DNA from: Candidatus Nomurabacteria bacterium
GTDB lineage: Bacteria; Patescibacteriota; Minisyncoccia; Phycocordibacterales; UBA918
Direction: 5' to 3'
NCBI GenBank assembly: GCA_020632135.1
Contig: JACKGC010000001.1
Location: 180,241-244,240, forward strand
DNA: 64,000 nt
The notes beneath the pieces were generated by a model. It was not told where the DNA came from. It made no database searches and was given only the letters and a program-made list of their open reading frames with translations. Positions 42,569-50,332 of this stretch are shown in pieces. A program made the translations under genes and the position numbers. Every line of letters begins with the position of its first letter. Positions within the stretch are counted from its first letter, which is position 1.

Positions 42569-44083
42569 CTACAACTCCGCCATCGCCTCATCAATGAGAT
42601 CTTCGATCTCTTCGACGAGATCCAATACCTCATCCCAATCTTCGTCTTCAAAAGCATCTTCCGCGTCATTCAAGAGGTCATCTGCCTCATCCAAAATACC
42701 TTCCGCTTTCTTGGTACTCTTACCCGCGTCGTCGGCATCATACACTTCGTCCCAGGCCTCATCAAGCGCTTTGTCGATATCCTCAAGCGCTTCGTCTGCC
42801 TCGTCTTCATCTTCATCAGAAGAACCCCCGATCGCGTCGATCGCTTCGTCGATCAAGTCCTCTGCCTCTTCTGCCTGGTCGATCGCTTCCTCATAATCTT
42901 CTTCGTCGATAGCGATGTCAGCCCGCTTCAGGGCTCGCTCCGCGTCATCTAGCAGATCTTGGGCGTCCTCGACATCCTCGCCGTCCTCATCAGCTTCGTC
43001 GATCTCCTCCTCAGCTGCATCAAAGTCATCCCACACATCTTCAACGTACTTTTCTGCGTCTTTGTCTGAAATAAAGTCGATCTCATCGAGCGCGTCTTCA
43101 AGCAACTCTTCCGCATCGAGCGCGTCGCTCTTGGCTTGACGGTACACTCGCTCCTCAAATGCGTCCTTTGCATCATCAAGGAGATCTTCTGCCTCCCCGA
43201 TCAGCTCTTCGGCGTCACCAGTATCTTCGTCCTTGTCTTCAGCCTCATCAAAGAGATCCTGTACTTCCTCGAGCAGATCATCAACATCATCAATAATGTC
43301 TTCTGCTTCACTTGCCTCAGATTCACCGCCAGCGTCCTCGTACGCATCTGTCGCATCATCCAGAGCGGTCACTGCTGTTTCCTCAGCTTCAGCGAAGTCT
43401 CCATCGAAATAGCTCTCCAGAGCCTCAAACAGAGACTCAATGACATCACGAACATCTTCATCGATGTCCAACGCCTCATCTGGGTCATCGTCACGTAGGT
43501 CGTCAAGCTCATCATACGTGTTGAGAATAAGGTCCATTGCATCGCTAATGAGTTGCTCCGCGTCCGTTTGCGTCTTGCTCTTGGCCGAGGTTGAGATGCC
43601 CGCCACTTGCGGCGCTGGTGTCGTGACCGTAGCCGGAAGCGTTGGCTGTGGCGTGGCAGCATTGAGCTGTGACTGTAGATCATCAACTAAGCTGAGAAGT
43701 CGCTCAGCTTCAGTCTGTGCCACTGCAGAACCCGCTCCGACCACTTCCTGATACTTCGCCTGCGAAACTGAACCAAAGATACCGATGGCCGGAGAAACAT
43801 CATGATCTGCTTGCCACTTGGCTACGGCTTCACGAGTGAGTGAACCGTATTTGTCGGTCTCATTACCGGGTGACCCTGGCCCTTCGGCGGTGAGCTCGTA
43901 GCCATTAGCATTAAGGTACTCCTGCAGACAGCGCACGCTCTCGTCGATCACACCAACCTCAAGCGTTTGCGAAAACGTACAAGTGTTGGCCTGCGCATAA
44001 AATACAAATGGTGCGCTAAAAAGTAACGCAACGGCTAGACAAATAAATGAGACACGCGATCGAATGGAAACGGACAGGTTCAT
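42569..44083 (-). CDS. secreted peptidoglycan-binding-domain protein with roughly 320-aa hyper-acidic repeat region
   Basis: Signal peptide. PG_binding_1-like segment (VRCLQEYLNANGY...LTREAVAKWQADHDV). Then Asp/Glu-dominated repeats such as AEDLLDDAKDAFEE and AQDLLDDAERAL. Confidence 0.8.
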   Translation of the reverse strand: MNLSVSIRSRVSFICLAVALLFSAPFVFYAQANTCTFSQTLEVGVIDESVRCLQEYLNANGYELTAEGPGSPGNETDKYGSLTREAVAKWQADHDVSPAIGIFGSVSQAKYQEVVGAGSAVAQTEAERLLSLVDDLQSQLNAATPQPTLPATVTTPAPQVAGISTSAKSKTQTDAEQLISDAMDLILNTYDELDDLRDDDPDEALDIDEDVRDVIESLFEALESYFDGDFAEAEETAVTALDDATDAYEDAGGESEASEAEDIIDDVDDLLEEVQDLFDEAEDKDEDTGDAEELIGEAEDLLDDAKDAFEERVYRQAKSDALDAEELLEDALDEIDFISDKDAEKYVEDVWDDFDAAEEEIDEADEDGEDVEDAQDLLDDAERALKRADIAIDEEDYEEAIDQAEEAEDLIDEAIDAIGGSSDEDEDEADEALEDIDKALDEAWDEVYDADDAGKSTKKAEGILDEADDLLNDAEDAFEDEDWDEVLDLVEEIEDLIDEAMAEL

Positions 44084-44153
44084 ATCAATACTAAATATTA
44101 TGAGTAGTTGCTTTCATTGTATCAGATTTCTTCCCATTGCTACCGCACAGACA

Positions 44154-44342
44154 TCACTGCTCGCAGAGCAGCTGGTAGGGATGGGACTTACCAATATGGT
44201 GCTGAGCAACAGCAGTCGCAGCAACGGAACTCACGCACTGATAACGGCCAGCTTCGTGGGCCAGCACACCATTAGCAACCTTCATTACTCCGATCACGAG
44301 GACAAAACCAATAATCAAAAAAACATTGCGAGCTGATCTCAT
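44154..44342 (-). CDS. possible 62-aa small membrane protein
   Basis: MRSARNVFLIIGFVLVIGVMKV... has one TM helix. No SD. Weak call. Confidence 0.25.
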   Translation of the reverse strand: MRSARNVFLIIGFVLVIGVMKVANGVLAHEAGRYQCVSSVAATAVAQHHIGKSHPYQLLCEQ

Positions 44343-44488
44343 TGAGATAGAACATGACTTACGTGGGACCGCTTGTTTGTAAGAGTGGGAGTAATAGCCT
44401 ACCAAGCAGACACGAAAACTGTAATGGCAGTGACGTTGATAACCAGCTCGTCTGAGCACTTTCACCATGAAGCAGCGATACGTCAAAC

Positions 44489-44525
44489 AAGATCGGCCGG
44501 GCCCCGAAAGGGCCCGGCCGATCTT
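44489..44525. terminator. hairpin AAGATCGGCCGGGCCC-CGAAA-GGGCCCGGCCGATCTT after rplB
   Basis: 16-bp stem of the GGCCGGGCCC family. Confidence 0.65.
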
Positions 44526-44546
44526 ACTTTTACGACACCAACACCA

Positions 44547-45407
44547 CTACTTGCTACCTCGCATCAAGCGACCTGGCTTGCGACGAGAAACAATGAGTTT
44601 GTTGCTGTACTTCTTCGGTGAACGAGTCTTCTGCCCCTTTCCGGTTGGTCGACCCTGCTTGGTGCGCTGGCGTCGGTGTCCTCGTGGAGAACGTCCTTCA
44701 CCACCACCATGTGGGTGATCCACGGCGTTACGAGCGCTACCACGGTTCTTCGGACGAAGTCCCATGTGACGCGCGCGCCCCGCCTTACCAATACTCACGA
44801 GTCGATACTCCTCGTTCGACACCTCACCAACTGAAGCCCAGGCGGTGTTTTGCACCTTACGGATCTCAGTTGATGGCATCTTGAGCGTTGTATGCTTGCT
44901 GTCTTGGGCAACGACTTCAATCGCGTTACCAGCCGAACGACCAAGCTTTGCTCCTGCTCCTGGGTTGATCTCGACGTTATACACGAAAGTACCAACTGGA
45001 ATAGCAGCAAGTGGTAAACGGTTACCCGTCTTGATCTTCGCCTTCTCTGAAACGATGATCTCATCCCCCGCCTCAAGCTTCTGCGGCGCAAGGATGTAGC
45101 GACGCTCACCATCGGCGTAACACACGAGCGCAATGAAACCAGAGCGGTTTGGATCATACTCAATGGTCTCTACCTTAGCTGGTACATCCTTCTTTTCGAA
45201 CTTGAAGTCGATCTCGCGGAAGGTACGCTTGTTACCAGCGCCACGATAGTGGGTAGTAATACGACCCGCACTGTTGCGACCACCGGTACTCTTCTTACCC
45301 TTGGTAAGCTTCTTCAGCGGCTTGCTTGCCGTACTGGTGAGCTTCTTCTTGTACTCGATCACCGAGCCGTCACGACGACCCGCTGATGTTGGTTTATACT
45401 TTTTCAT
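44547..45407 (-). CDS. rplB: 50S ribosomal protein L2
   Basis: MKKYKPTSAGRR...GGRNSAGRITTHYRGAG...HPHGGGEG is uL2. Confidence 0.97.
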   Translation of the reverse strand: MKKYKPTSAGRRDGSVIEYKKKLTSTASKPLKKLTKGKKSTGGRNSAGRITTHYRGAGNKRTFREIDFKFEKKDVPAKVETIEYDPNRSGFIALVCYADGERRYILAPQKLEAGDEIIVSEKAKIKTGNRLPLAAIPVGTFVYNVEINPGAGAKLGRSAGNAIEVVAQDSKHTTLKMPSTEIRKVQNTAWASVGEVSNEEYRLVSIGKAGRARHMGLRPKNRGSARNAVDHPHGGGEGRSPRGHRRQRTKQGRPTGKGQKTRSPKKYSNKLIVSRRKPGRLMRGSK

Positions 45408-45460
45408 AACTGAATGGTTAGAAAATAGTGAGAAAAATCTCTTATCTTCCTAACGGATAA

Positions 45461-45838
45461 TTAGACAAGGTTGATCGTATCGCCTTTCTTAAGATAGACG
45501 TATGCCTTCTTCATACCTTTCACGTGCTTTGCGCGATTGCGACTTCCCACCATACGCTTAGCTGGTGCCTTGTTGACGATGTTCACCTTCACCGGCGTCA
45601 CTTTGTAGAGTGCTTTCACCGCATCACGGACCTCATACTTGGTTGCATCACGCTTCACCGTAAAGGTGTAGACGTTCTGCTCACCGAGCTGCACTGATTT
45701 CTCAGTGATGCGAGGGCCAACGATGATTGCGTCGAGGTTGTGGTCTGTGCTGAGCGCTTTTGGCGCAGTACTCACTGCCTTCACCACCTCTGTTGCACTC
45801 TCCTTTTTTGCATCTTTCTTTTTTCCAAAGAGAGCCAT
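45461..45838 (-). CDS. rplW: 50S ribosomal protein L23 with N-terminal extension
   Basis: Start at MALFGKKK. Core ITEKSVQLGEQNVYTFTV...KVNIVN is uL23. Confidence 0.9.
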   Translation of the reverse strand: MALFGKKKDAKKESATEVVKAVSTAPKALSTDHNLDAIIVGPRITEKSVQLGEQNVYTFTVKRDATKYEVRDAVKALYKVTPVKVNIVNKAPAKRMVGSRNRAKHVKGMKKAYVYLKKGDTINLV

Positions 45839-45839
45839 A

Positions 45840-46520
45840 CTACTTTGACTTAGCAGCTGGTGCGATGCGTCCAGCCAAAACTTCAACTGAAGCTGTCGCG
45901 TCTGCCACCACTACGTACTTATAAGTGAGGAGGTCAACCGGGTTGACGTCCTTTGCCTGAATAACTTCGATGTTACCGAAGTTGCGGAAGCTCTTCTCAG
46001 TAGCGAGATCGCGTTCTGCGAGCACGACTACGGCAGCGTTCTTGCGCTTTTTGGCCATTGCTTCATTACCTGAACCATTCGCAATTGCAGTAAAGACTGC
46101 CTTTGCATCCTTGGTCTTTGGTGCATCCAGCTTGAGGGAATCAACGAAGATCACTTCTGCATCTGCCAACTTCTTGGTCAGCACAGACGCGAGCGCCTTG
46201 GCCTTTACCTTCTTGTTGATCTTGACTGAGTAATCCTTTTCGCTGCGTGGTCCGAAAGTCACACCACCACCAGTCCAGATCGGAGACCGACGTGAACCGT
46301 GACGAGCGCGACCAGTACCCTTCTGACGCCATGGCTTCTTACCACCACCGCGTACTTCAGAGCGATCCTTAGTATGTGCGTTGCCTTCGCGAGCATTTGC
46401 CTGCATACCGACCACCACTTCGTGGACAAGGTCTGCGTTCCAAGCAACTCCGAACACCGACTCTGGAAGGGTTACCTTGCCAGTTTCTTTTCCGTCTTTA
46501 GAAAATACTTTTGCATCCAT
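45840..46520 (-). CDS. rplD: 50S ribosomal protein L4
   Basis: GGGKKPWRQKGTGRARHGSRRSPIWTGGGVTFGP is uL4. Confidence 0.97.
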   Translation of the reverse strand: MDAKVFSKDGKETGKVTLPESVFGVAWNADLVHEVVVGMQANAREGNAHTKDRSEVRGGGKKPWRQKGTGRARHGSRRSPIWTGGGVTFGPRSEKDYSVKINKKVKAKALASVLTKKLADAEVIFVDSLKLDAPKTKDAKAVFTAIANGSGNEAMAKKRKNAAVVVLAERDLATEKSFRNFGNIEVIQAKDVNPVDLLTYKYVVVADATASVEVLAGRIAPAAKSK

Positions 46521-46534
46521 ATTCTATTTGTTAC

Positions 46535-47152
46535 TTAGGCCCCGTAGACCTCTACTAATGTTCCCTTTCGACCTGGTACTGCACCTGATACTACGAGAGT
46601 ATTTTCAGCAGCATTTACTTGAAGGACCTTAAGTCCCTTTACAGTGACGGTGTCGCCACCCATGCGTCCGGCCATGCGAGTACCCTTAAGTACGCGATTG
46701 TTACCGGTCGCACCGATTGAACCTGGCTCACGCTCAGAATGCTTCTGACCGTGCGAGCGCCGTCCACCGGCAAAGCCATGGCGCTTCACCACACCCTGGA
46801 ATCCCTTACCTTTTGAAATAGCGGAGACCGTGATGTCATCACCTGGCTCAAACACAGACACGTCGATAGTGGCACCCTTTTCTACGTCGCCAATAGTCTC
46901 TCCCTTGAATTCACTTGGGCGAAACTCGCGCGCGGCAGCAGCGGTCCCAAAATGACCCTTCTGTGCTTTGCTGACACGATGCTCTTTCTGCTCACCAAAC
47001 GCGAGCTGCACCGCTGCGTAGCCGTCCTTTTCTGCGGTCTTCACCTGAGCGATAGTCGCTGGTGTGACCGTGAGCACGGTAGCTGCGCGACACACTCCTT
47101 CGGTATCGAAGACCTGTGTCATGCCAGTCTTAGTTCCTACGATAAATTTCAT
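46535..47152 (-). CDS. rplC: 50S ribosomal protein L3
   Basis: GTKTGMTQVF...KGKGFQGVVKRHGF...SHGQKHSEREPGSIG is uL3. Confidence 0.97.
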   Translation of the reverse strand: MKFIVGTKTGMTQVFDTEGVCRAATVLTVTPATIAQVKTAEKDGYAAVQLAFGEQKEHRVSKAQKGHFGTAAAAREFRPSEFKGETIGDVEKGATIDVSVFEPGDDITVSAISKGKGFQGVVKRHGFAGGRRSHGQKHSEREPGSIGATGNNRVLKGTRMAGRMGGDTVTVKGLKVLQVNAAENTLVVSGAVPGRKGTLVEVYGA

Positions 47153-47210
47153 TATTTATGTATGAATCTTGTAAATCGCTTTTATCATCAAATGATGTAG
47201 ACCCATACAA

Positions 47211-47267
47211 CAAATCGCGCGGATTTTCCGCGAGCACAGCTCGTCGTCAGAAAATCCGCGCGATTTG
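47211..47267. repeat. perfect 18-bp-arm hairpin just upstream of rplC
   Basis: CAAATCGCGCGGATTTTC-(21 nt with inner CGAGC/GCTCG stem)-GAAAATCCGCGCGATTTG. Confidence 0.85.
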
Positions 47268-47508
47268 TGCCCATTGGTCCGGGGCGCTCGCTTCGCTCGC
47301 GCCACGTACGTAGGTCTTTAAAAGCTGGGGGTAGTATACGCATACTGATGAAAAATGCAACTAGTACAGCTCTCCGACGTCAGATCTCCTTTGCGGAGAA
47401 GAAATTGGATCTGACGAAGATCCAAGATGAATTCGAAATAGTCGGCTTCGCTTATTTACATAAAAAAGCCGAGCGAAGCTCGACTTTTATTAACTGATAA
47501 CGTTTGAT

Positions 47509-47631
47509 CTATCCGATCACGGGAGCGATATGGAAGTACGCAAGTACTGCAATCGTCGCCAGACTGAGGCACTGGACCATCCAGCTATCTTCAGACTGAA
47601 ACGTCATCTCCTTCTTTTCTAAGTTTTCCAT
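47509..47631 (-). CDS. possible 40-codon ORF with C-terminal TM helix
   Basis: MENLEKKEMTFQSEDSWMVQCLSLATIAVLAYFHIAPVIG. Too short for the ORF track and has no good SD. Lies directly 3' of the structured domain on the minus strand. Confidence 0.25.
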   Translation of the reverse strand: MENLEKKEMTFQSEDSWMVQCLSLATIAVLAYFHIAPVIG

Positions 47632-47667
47632 ATAATTTGGAGTTAAAACTTATCCTCTAAAGAACTG

Positions 47668-47971
47668 TAGAAGTTGTCTAAGCTCTCACCATAGATACTA
47701 CGTTGTACATAATGACTCTGGTGTTTACTTTGTTTAATCTCACCGAGTATAGAATTTACGATGAGAATTTAGACAACTTCTATCGGAAGCCATCTGAGTT
47801 CTCAACACAAGCATGTTGTTACTAACTCTTGTTTCGGGTCGTCGTGACCAATGATCTGGCTGCAAAACTGCGCTTCGTTATCGCTGAACGAAAGTTCAAC
47901 TCAAACTTCAGCTTGTTTTTCGCTCAGATCATTGGTCACTTCGGACCTCGATGAGAACTCAGATGACTTCC
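47668..47971 (-). other. two adjacent nested-hairpin domains (candidate structured RNA or MITE-like element)
   Basis: Helix 47668-47681 / 47769-47782 is 14 bp and perfect. Helix 47785-47804 / 47952-47971 is 20 bp with one mismatch, which becomes a G-U pair only on the minus strand. Nested helix 47844-47858 / 47925-47939 is 15 bp and perfect. Flanked by the 10-bp direct repeat CTAAAGAACT (47657-47666 and 47971-47980). Confidence 0.45.
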
Positions 47972-48021
47972 TAAAGAACTATTTCTAATGCCTGCTGTAT
48001 TCCCGAGGGAGTGGAGCGGGC

Positions 48022-48088
48022 ACAGGAGGCGAATCGCGTCGACGATAACGACGAGAAAGGCGAATCGCTTGCGCGATTCGCCTCCTGT
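48022..48088 (-). promoter_or_regulatory. three-copy GGCGAATCGC element able to form mutually exclusive hairpins
   Basis: Copy A 48022-38, copy B 48059-68, inverted copy C 48072-88. B/C forms a 10-bp stem with a GCAA loop plus UUUCUCGUCGUU on the minus strand. A/C forms a 17-bp stem. Confidence 0.4.
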
Positions 48089-48155
48089 TGATTACAGTAT
48101 GAACCTTCGCGAAAAGAGTGCAAGTAGCATCTGTGGATAACTTGAGTGGTGTCAA

Positions 48156-48183
48156 TTTGAAATCATTTTAGCGGTGGTATACT
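48156..48183 (+). promoter_or_regulatory. promoter TTTGAA-N16-(TGg)TATACT for the 48-codon gene
   Basis: Extended -10 and a plausible -35. Confidence 0.5.
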
Positions 48184-48221
48184 GCTCGCGGAAATCAATT
48201 GCCAACACTGGAGGACAAAAA

Positions 48222-48368
48222 ATGATGATCAAGCAAGTCATTATCATCTACAGCCTGTTTGGATTTGAAATGTGTTACAACCCCTGCCCTTGGCAACAGA
48301 TTGGTATTTGTAAGACCCACCACAGATCGAGGTATGGACCACACTTTACTCGATCAGTGAGGAGGTAA
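48222..48368 (+). CDS. 48-aa hydrophobic/basic Cys-containing peptide (type I toxin-like)
   Basis: GGAGG lies 7 nt before the ATG. MMIKQVIIIYSLFGFEMCYNPCPWQQIGICKTHHRSRYGPHFTRSVRR. Own promoter and terminator. Confidence 0.5.
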   Translation: MMIKQVIIIYSLFGFEMCYNPCPWQQIGICKTHHRSRYGPHFTRSVRR

Positions 48369-48376
48369 CAATCAAG

Positions 48377-48405
48377 AAAGCCGGCCCCAAAGGGGTCGGC
48401 TTTTC
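48377..48405 (+). terminator. terminator GAAAGCCGGCCCC-AAA-GGGGTCGGCTTTTC
   Basis: The stem contains a G-U pair only when read on the plus strand. T-run follows. Confidence 0.7.
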
Positions 48406-48497
48406 CTAGGCTACTATCGATATTCAGACGTCATGGGTTTGCGTAGCACTGTTTTAAACATACAACCACGACTTCCATCAGAGACCAGGTGGTCAGC

Positions 48498-48534
48498 CTC
48501 CAAAAAACGCCCTATGAATGGGCGTTTTTTGGAG
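48498..48534. terminator. bidirectional terminator CTCCAAAAAACGCCC-(7 nt)-GGGCGTTTTTTGGAG after rpsJ
   Basis: 15-bp perfect stem that includes A6/T6. Confidence 0.8.
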
Positions 48535-48570
48535 AACTCAAAATATGGTCGTTACACTCCCTATTTTGAG

Positions 48571-48909
48571 CTACATCATCTTCACATCAATGTTCACACC
48601 TGACGGCAGTGAGAGGTTCGTGAGAGCTTCCACTACCTTTGGACCCGGATTGAGGATGTCGATCACACGCTTGTGCGTTCGCATCTCGAATTGTTCTCGC
48701 GCGTCCTTGTGTACGAACGTTGAGCGGTTAACCGTGTACTTCTTGATCTCCGTTGGCAATGGGATCGGACCAACCACCTTGGCGTCGAAACGCATGGCAG
48801 TGTCGATGATCTGCTTGACCGAAGTATCGAGGATCTTGTGTTCGTAGGCACGCACTCGAATACGGAGTTTGTTGATCGCACCGGCAGTTTTTTCGGTTGT
48901 TTCAGCCAT
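48571..48909 (-). CDS. rpsJ: 30S ribosomal protein S10
   Basis: LRIRVRAYEHKILD...GPIPLPTEIKKYTVNRSTFVHKDAREQFEMRTHKR is uS10. Confidence 0.97.
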   Translation of the reverse strand: MAETTEKTAGAINKLRIRVRAYEHKILDTSVKQIIDTAMRFDAKVVGPIPLPTEIKKYTVNRSTFVHKDAREQFEMRTHKRVIDILNPGPKVVEALTNLSLPSGVNIDVKMM

Positions 48910-49083
48910 GGTAATACGTTAGATGTTTCTACTCACACTACCTTACTCTCAATTGCAAGCGATTGCTTGAAATTGCTCGAGATACGAGGAAGGGCAAGGC
49001 TTGGGAGGAAGCCGTACTTGGCGGTACGGTGACCGACCAAGCCGACGCCCTGACAAAGTAGATTGAGTAATTTCATCAATCGC

Positions 49084-50271
49084 TTAGGCGATGATTTTGG
49101 TTACTACGCCTGCACCTACTGTCTTACCACCCTCACGGATAGCAAAGTTCTGTTGCTCCTCAAGCGCTACTGGAGTTACCAGCTTCACTTTGAAGGTTGC
49201 AGTGTCTCCTGGCATAACCATCTCAGTACCTTCTGCGAGGGTTACATCACCAGTTACGTCAGTAGTACGTACGTAGAACTGTGGCTTGTAACCTGAGAAG
49301 AATGGTGTGTGACGACCACCCTCATCCTTTGAAAGGACGTATACTTCAGCCTCGAACTCAGCGTGCGGGGTTACAGAACCCTTCGCTGCGAGCACCTGAC
49401 CACGGTGTACATCTTCCTTTTTGGTACCGCGCAGGAGGATACCAGCATTGTCGCCTGCCTGAGCAGCATCAAGCTGCTTATTGAACATTTCAACTCCGGT
49501 CACTGTTGTGACTGAAGTATCCTTGATGCCAACGATCTCTACTTCTTCACCGACCTTTACCTTACCGCGCTCTACACGACCAGTTACTACTGTGCCGCGT
49601 CCTTCAATTGAGAAAATGTCCTCAATTGGCATCAGGAATGGCTTGTCGAGTTCACGTTCAGGGGTTGGGAAGTACTCATCCATCTTATCCATCAGTTCAA
49701 CGATCTTTGCCTGGTAGTCTGCGTCGCCTTCGAGCGCCTTAAGTGCAGAACCATGAATGATCGGTGCATTTTCACCATCGTATCCAGCCTTGGTAAGATC
49801 TTCGCGAAGCTCTTCCTCCACGAGCATGAGCATTTCTTCATCATCTACCATGTCACACTTGTTAAGGAACACAAGCATCTTTGGTACACCTACCTGCTTT
49901 GCAAGAAGGATGTGCTCCTTTGTTTGTGGCATAGCACCATCAGTAGCTGCCACTACGAGGATAGCACCGTCCATCTGTGCCGCACCGGTGATCATGTTCT
50001 TGATGTAGTCAGCGTGACCTGGCGCATCAATGTGGGCGTAGTGACGATTTGGAGTCTCGTACTCAGAGTGAGAAAGAGAAATAGTAATACCACGAGCCTT
50101 TTCTTCTGGGGCTTTGTCAATTTCGCTAACATCCTTTACGTTAGCTGCATACCCATCACCTTTTGCATTGAGGGTAGTAAGAATAGCAGCAGTCAAGGTG
50201 GTTTTACCGTGGTCGACGTGACCAATGGTACCGACGTTGATGTGCGGCTTTGAACGATCAAAATCTGCCAT
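49084..50271 (-). CDS. tuf: elongation factor Tu
   Basis: [21 protein letters not shown] and NKCD motifs. 395 aa. Confidence 0.98.
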   Translation of the reverse strand: MADFDRSKPHINVGTIGHVDHGKTTLTAAILTTLNAKGDGYAANVKDVSEIDKAPEEKARGITISLSHSEYETPNRHYAHIDAPGHADYIKNMITGAAQMDGAILVVAATDGAMPQTKEHILLAKQVGVPKMLVFLNKCDMVDDEEMLMLVEEELREDLTKAGYDGENAPIIHGSALKALEGDADYQAKIVELMDKMDEYFPTPERELDKPFLMPIEDIFSIEGRGTVVTGRVERGKVKVGEEVEIVGIKDTSVTTVTGVEMFNKQLDAAQAGDNAGILLRGTKKEDVHRGQVLAAKGSVTPHAEFEAEVYVLSKDEGGRHTPFFSGYKPQFYVRTTDVTGDVTLAEGTEMVMPGDTATFKVKLVTPVALEEQQNFAIREGGKTVGAGVVTKIIA

Positions 50272-50332
50272 ATTAGTAGATTAGATTAGTTTTAATTAAA
50301 TAAGGTTCACCGCACACACTTGCGTACGTTAG

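Noticed and set aside
42374-43751. Plus-strand Ser/Ile/Phe-rich ORFs (42374-42952, 42525-42896, 42915-43139, 43136-43498, 43440-43751), and a periodic DNA pattern that at first looked like a tandem or CRISPR-like repeat.
   Set aside because: They are antisense readings of the GAx-rich (Asp/Glu) codons of the acidic protein gene. The periodicity is imperfect, lies in a coding region, and has no repeat-spacer architecture.
49063-50253. Multiple plus-strand ORFs inside tuf, and similar ones inside fusA, secY, gpmI and eno.
   Set aside because: They are antisense shadows of highly conserved genes, with no start signals.
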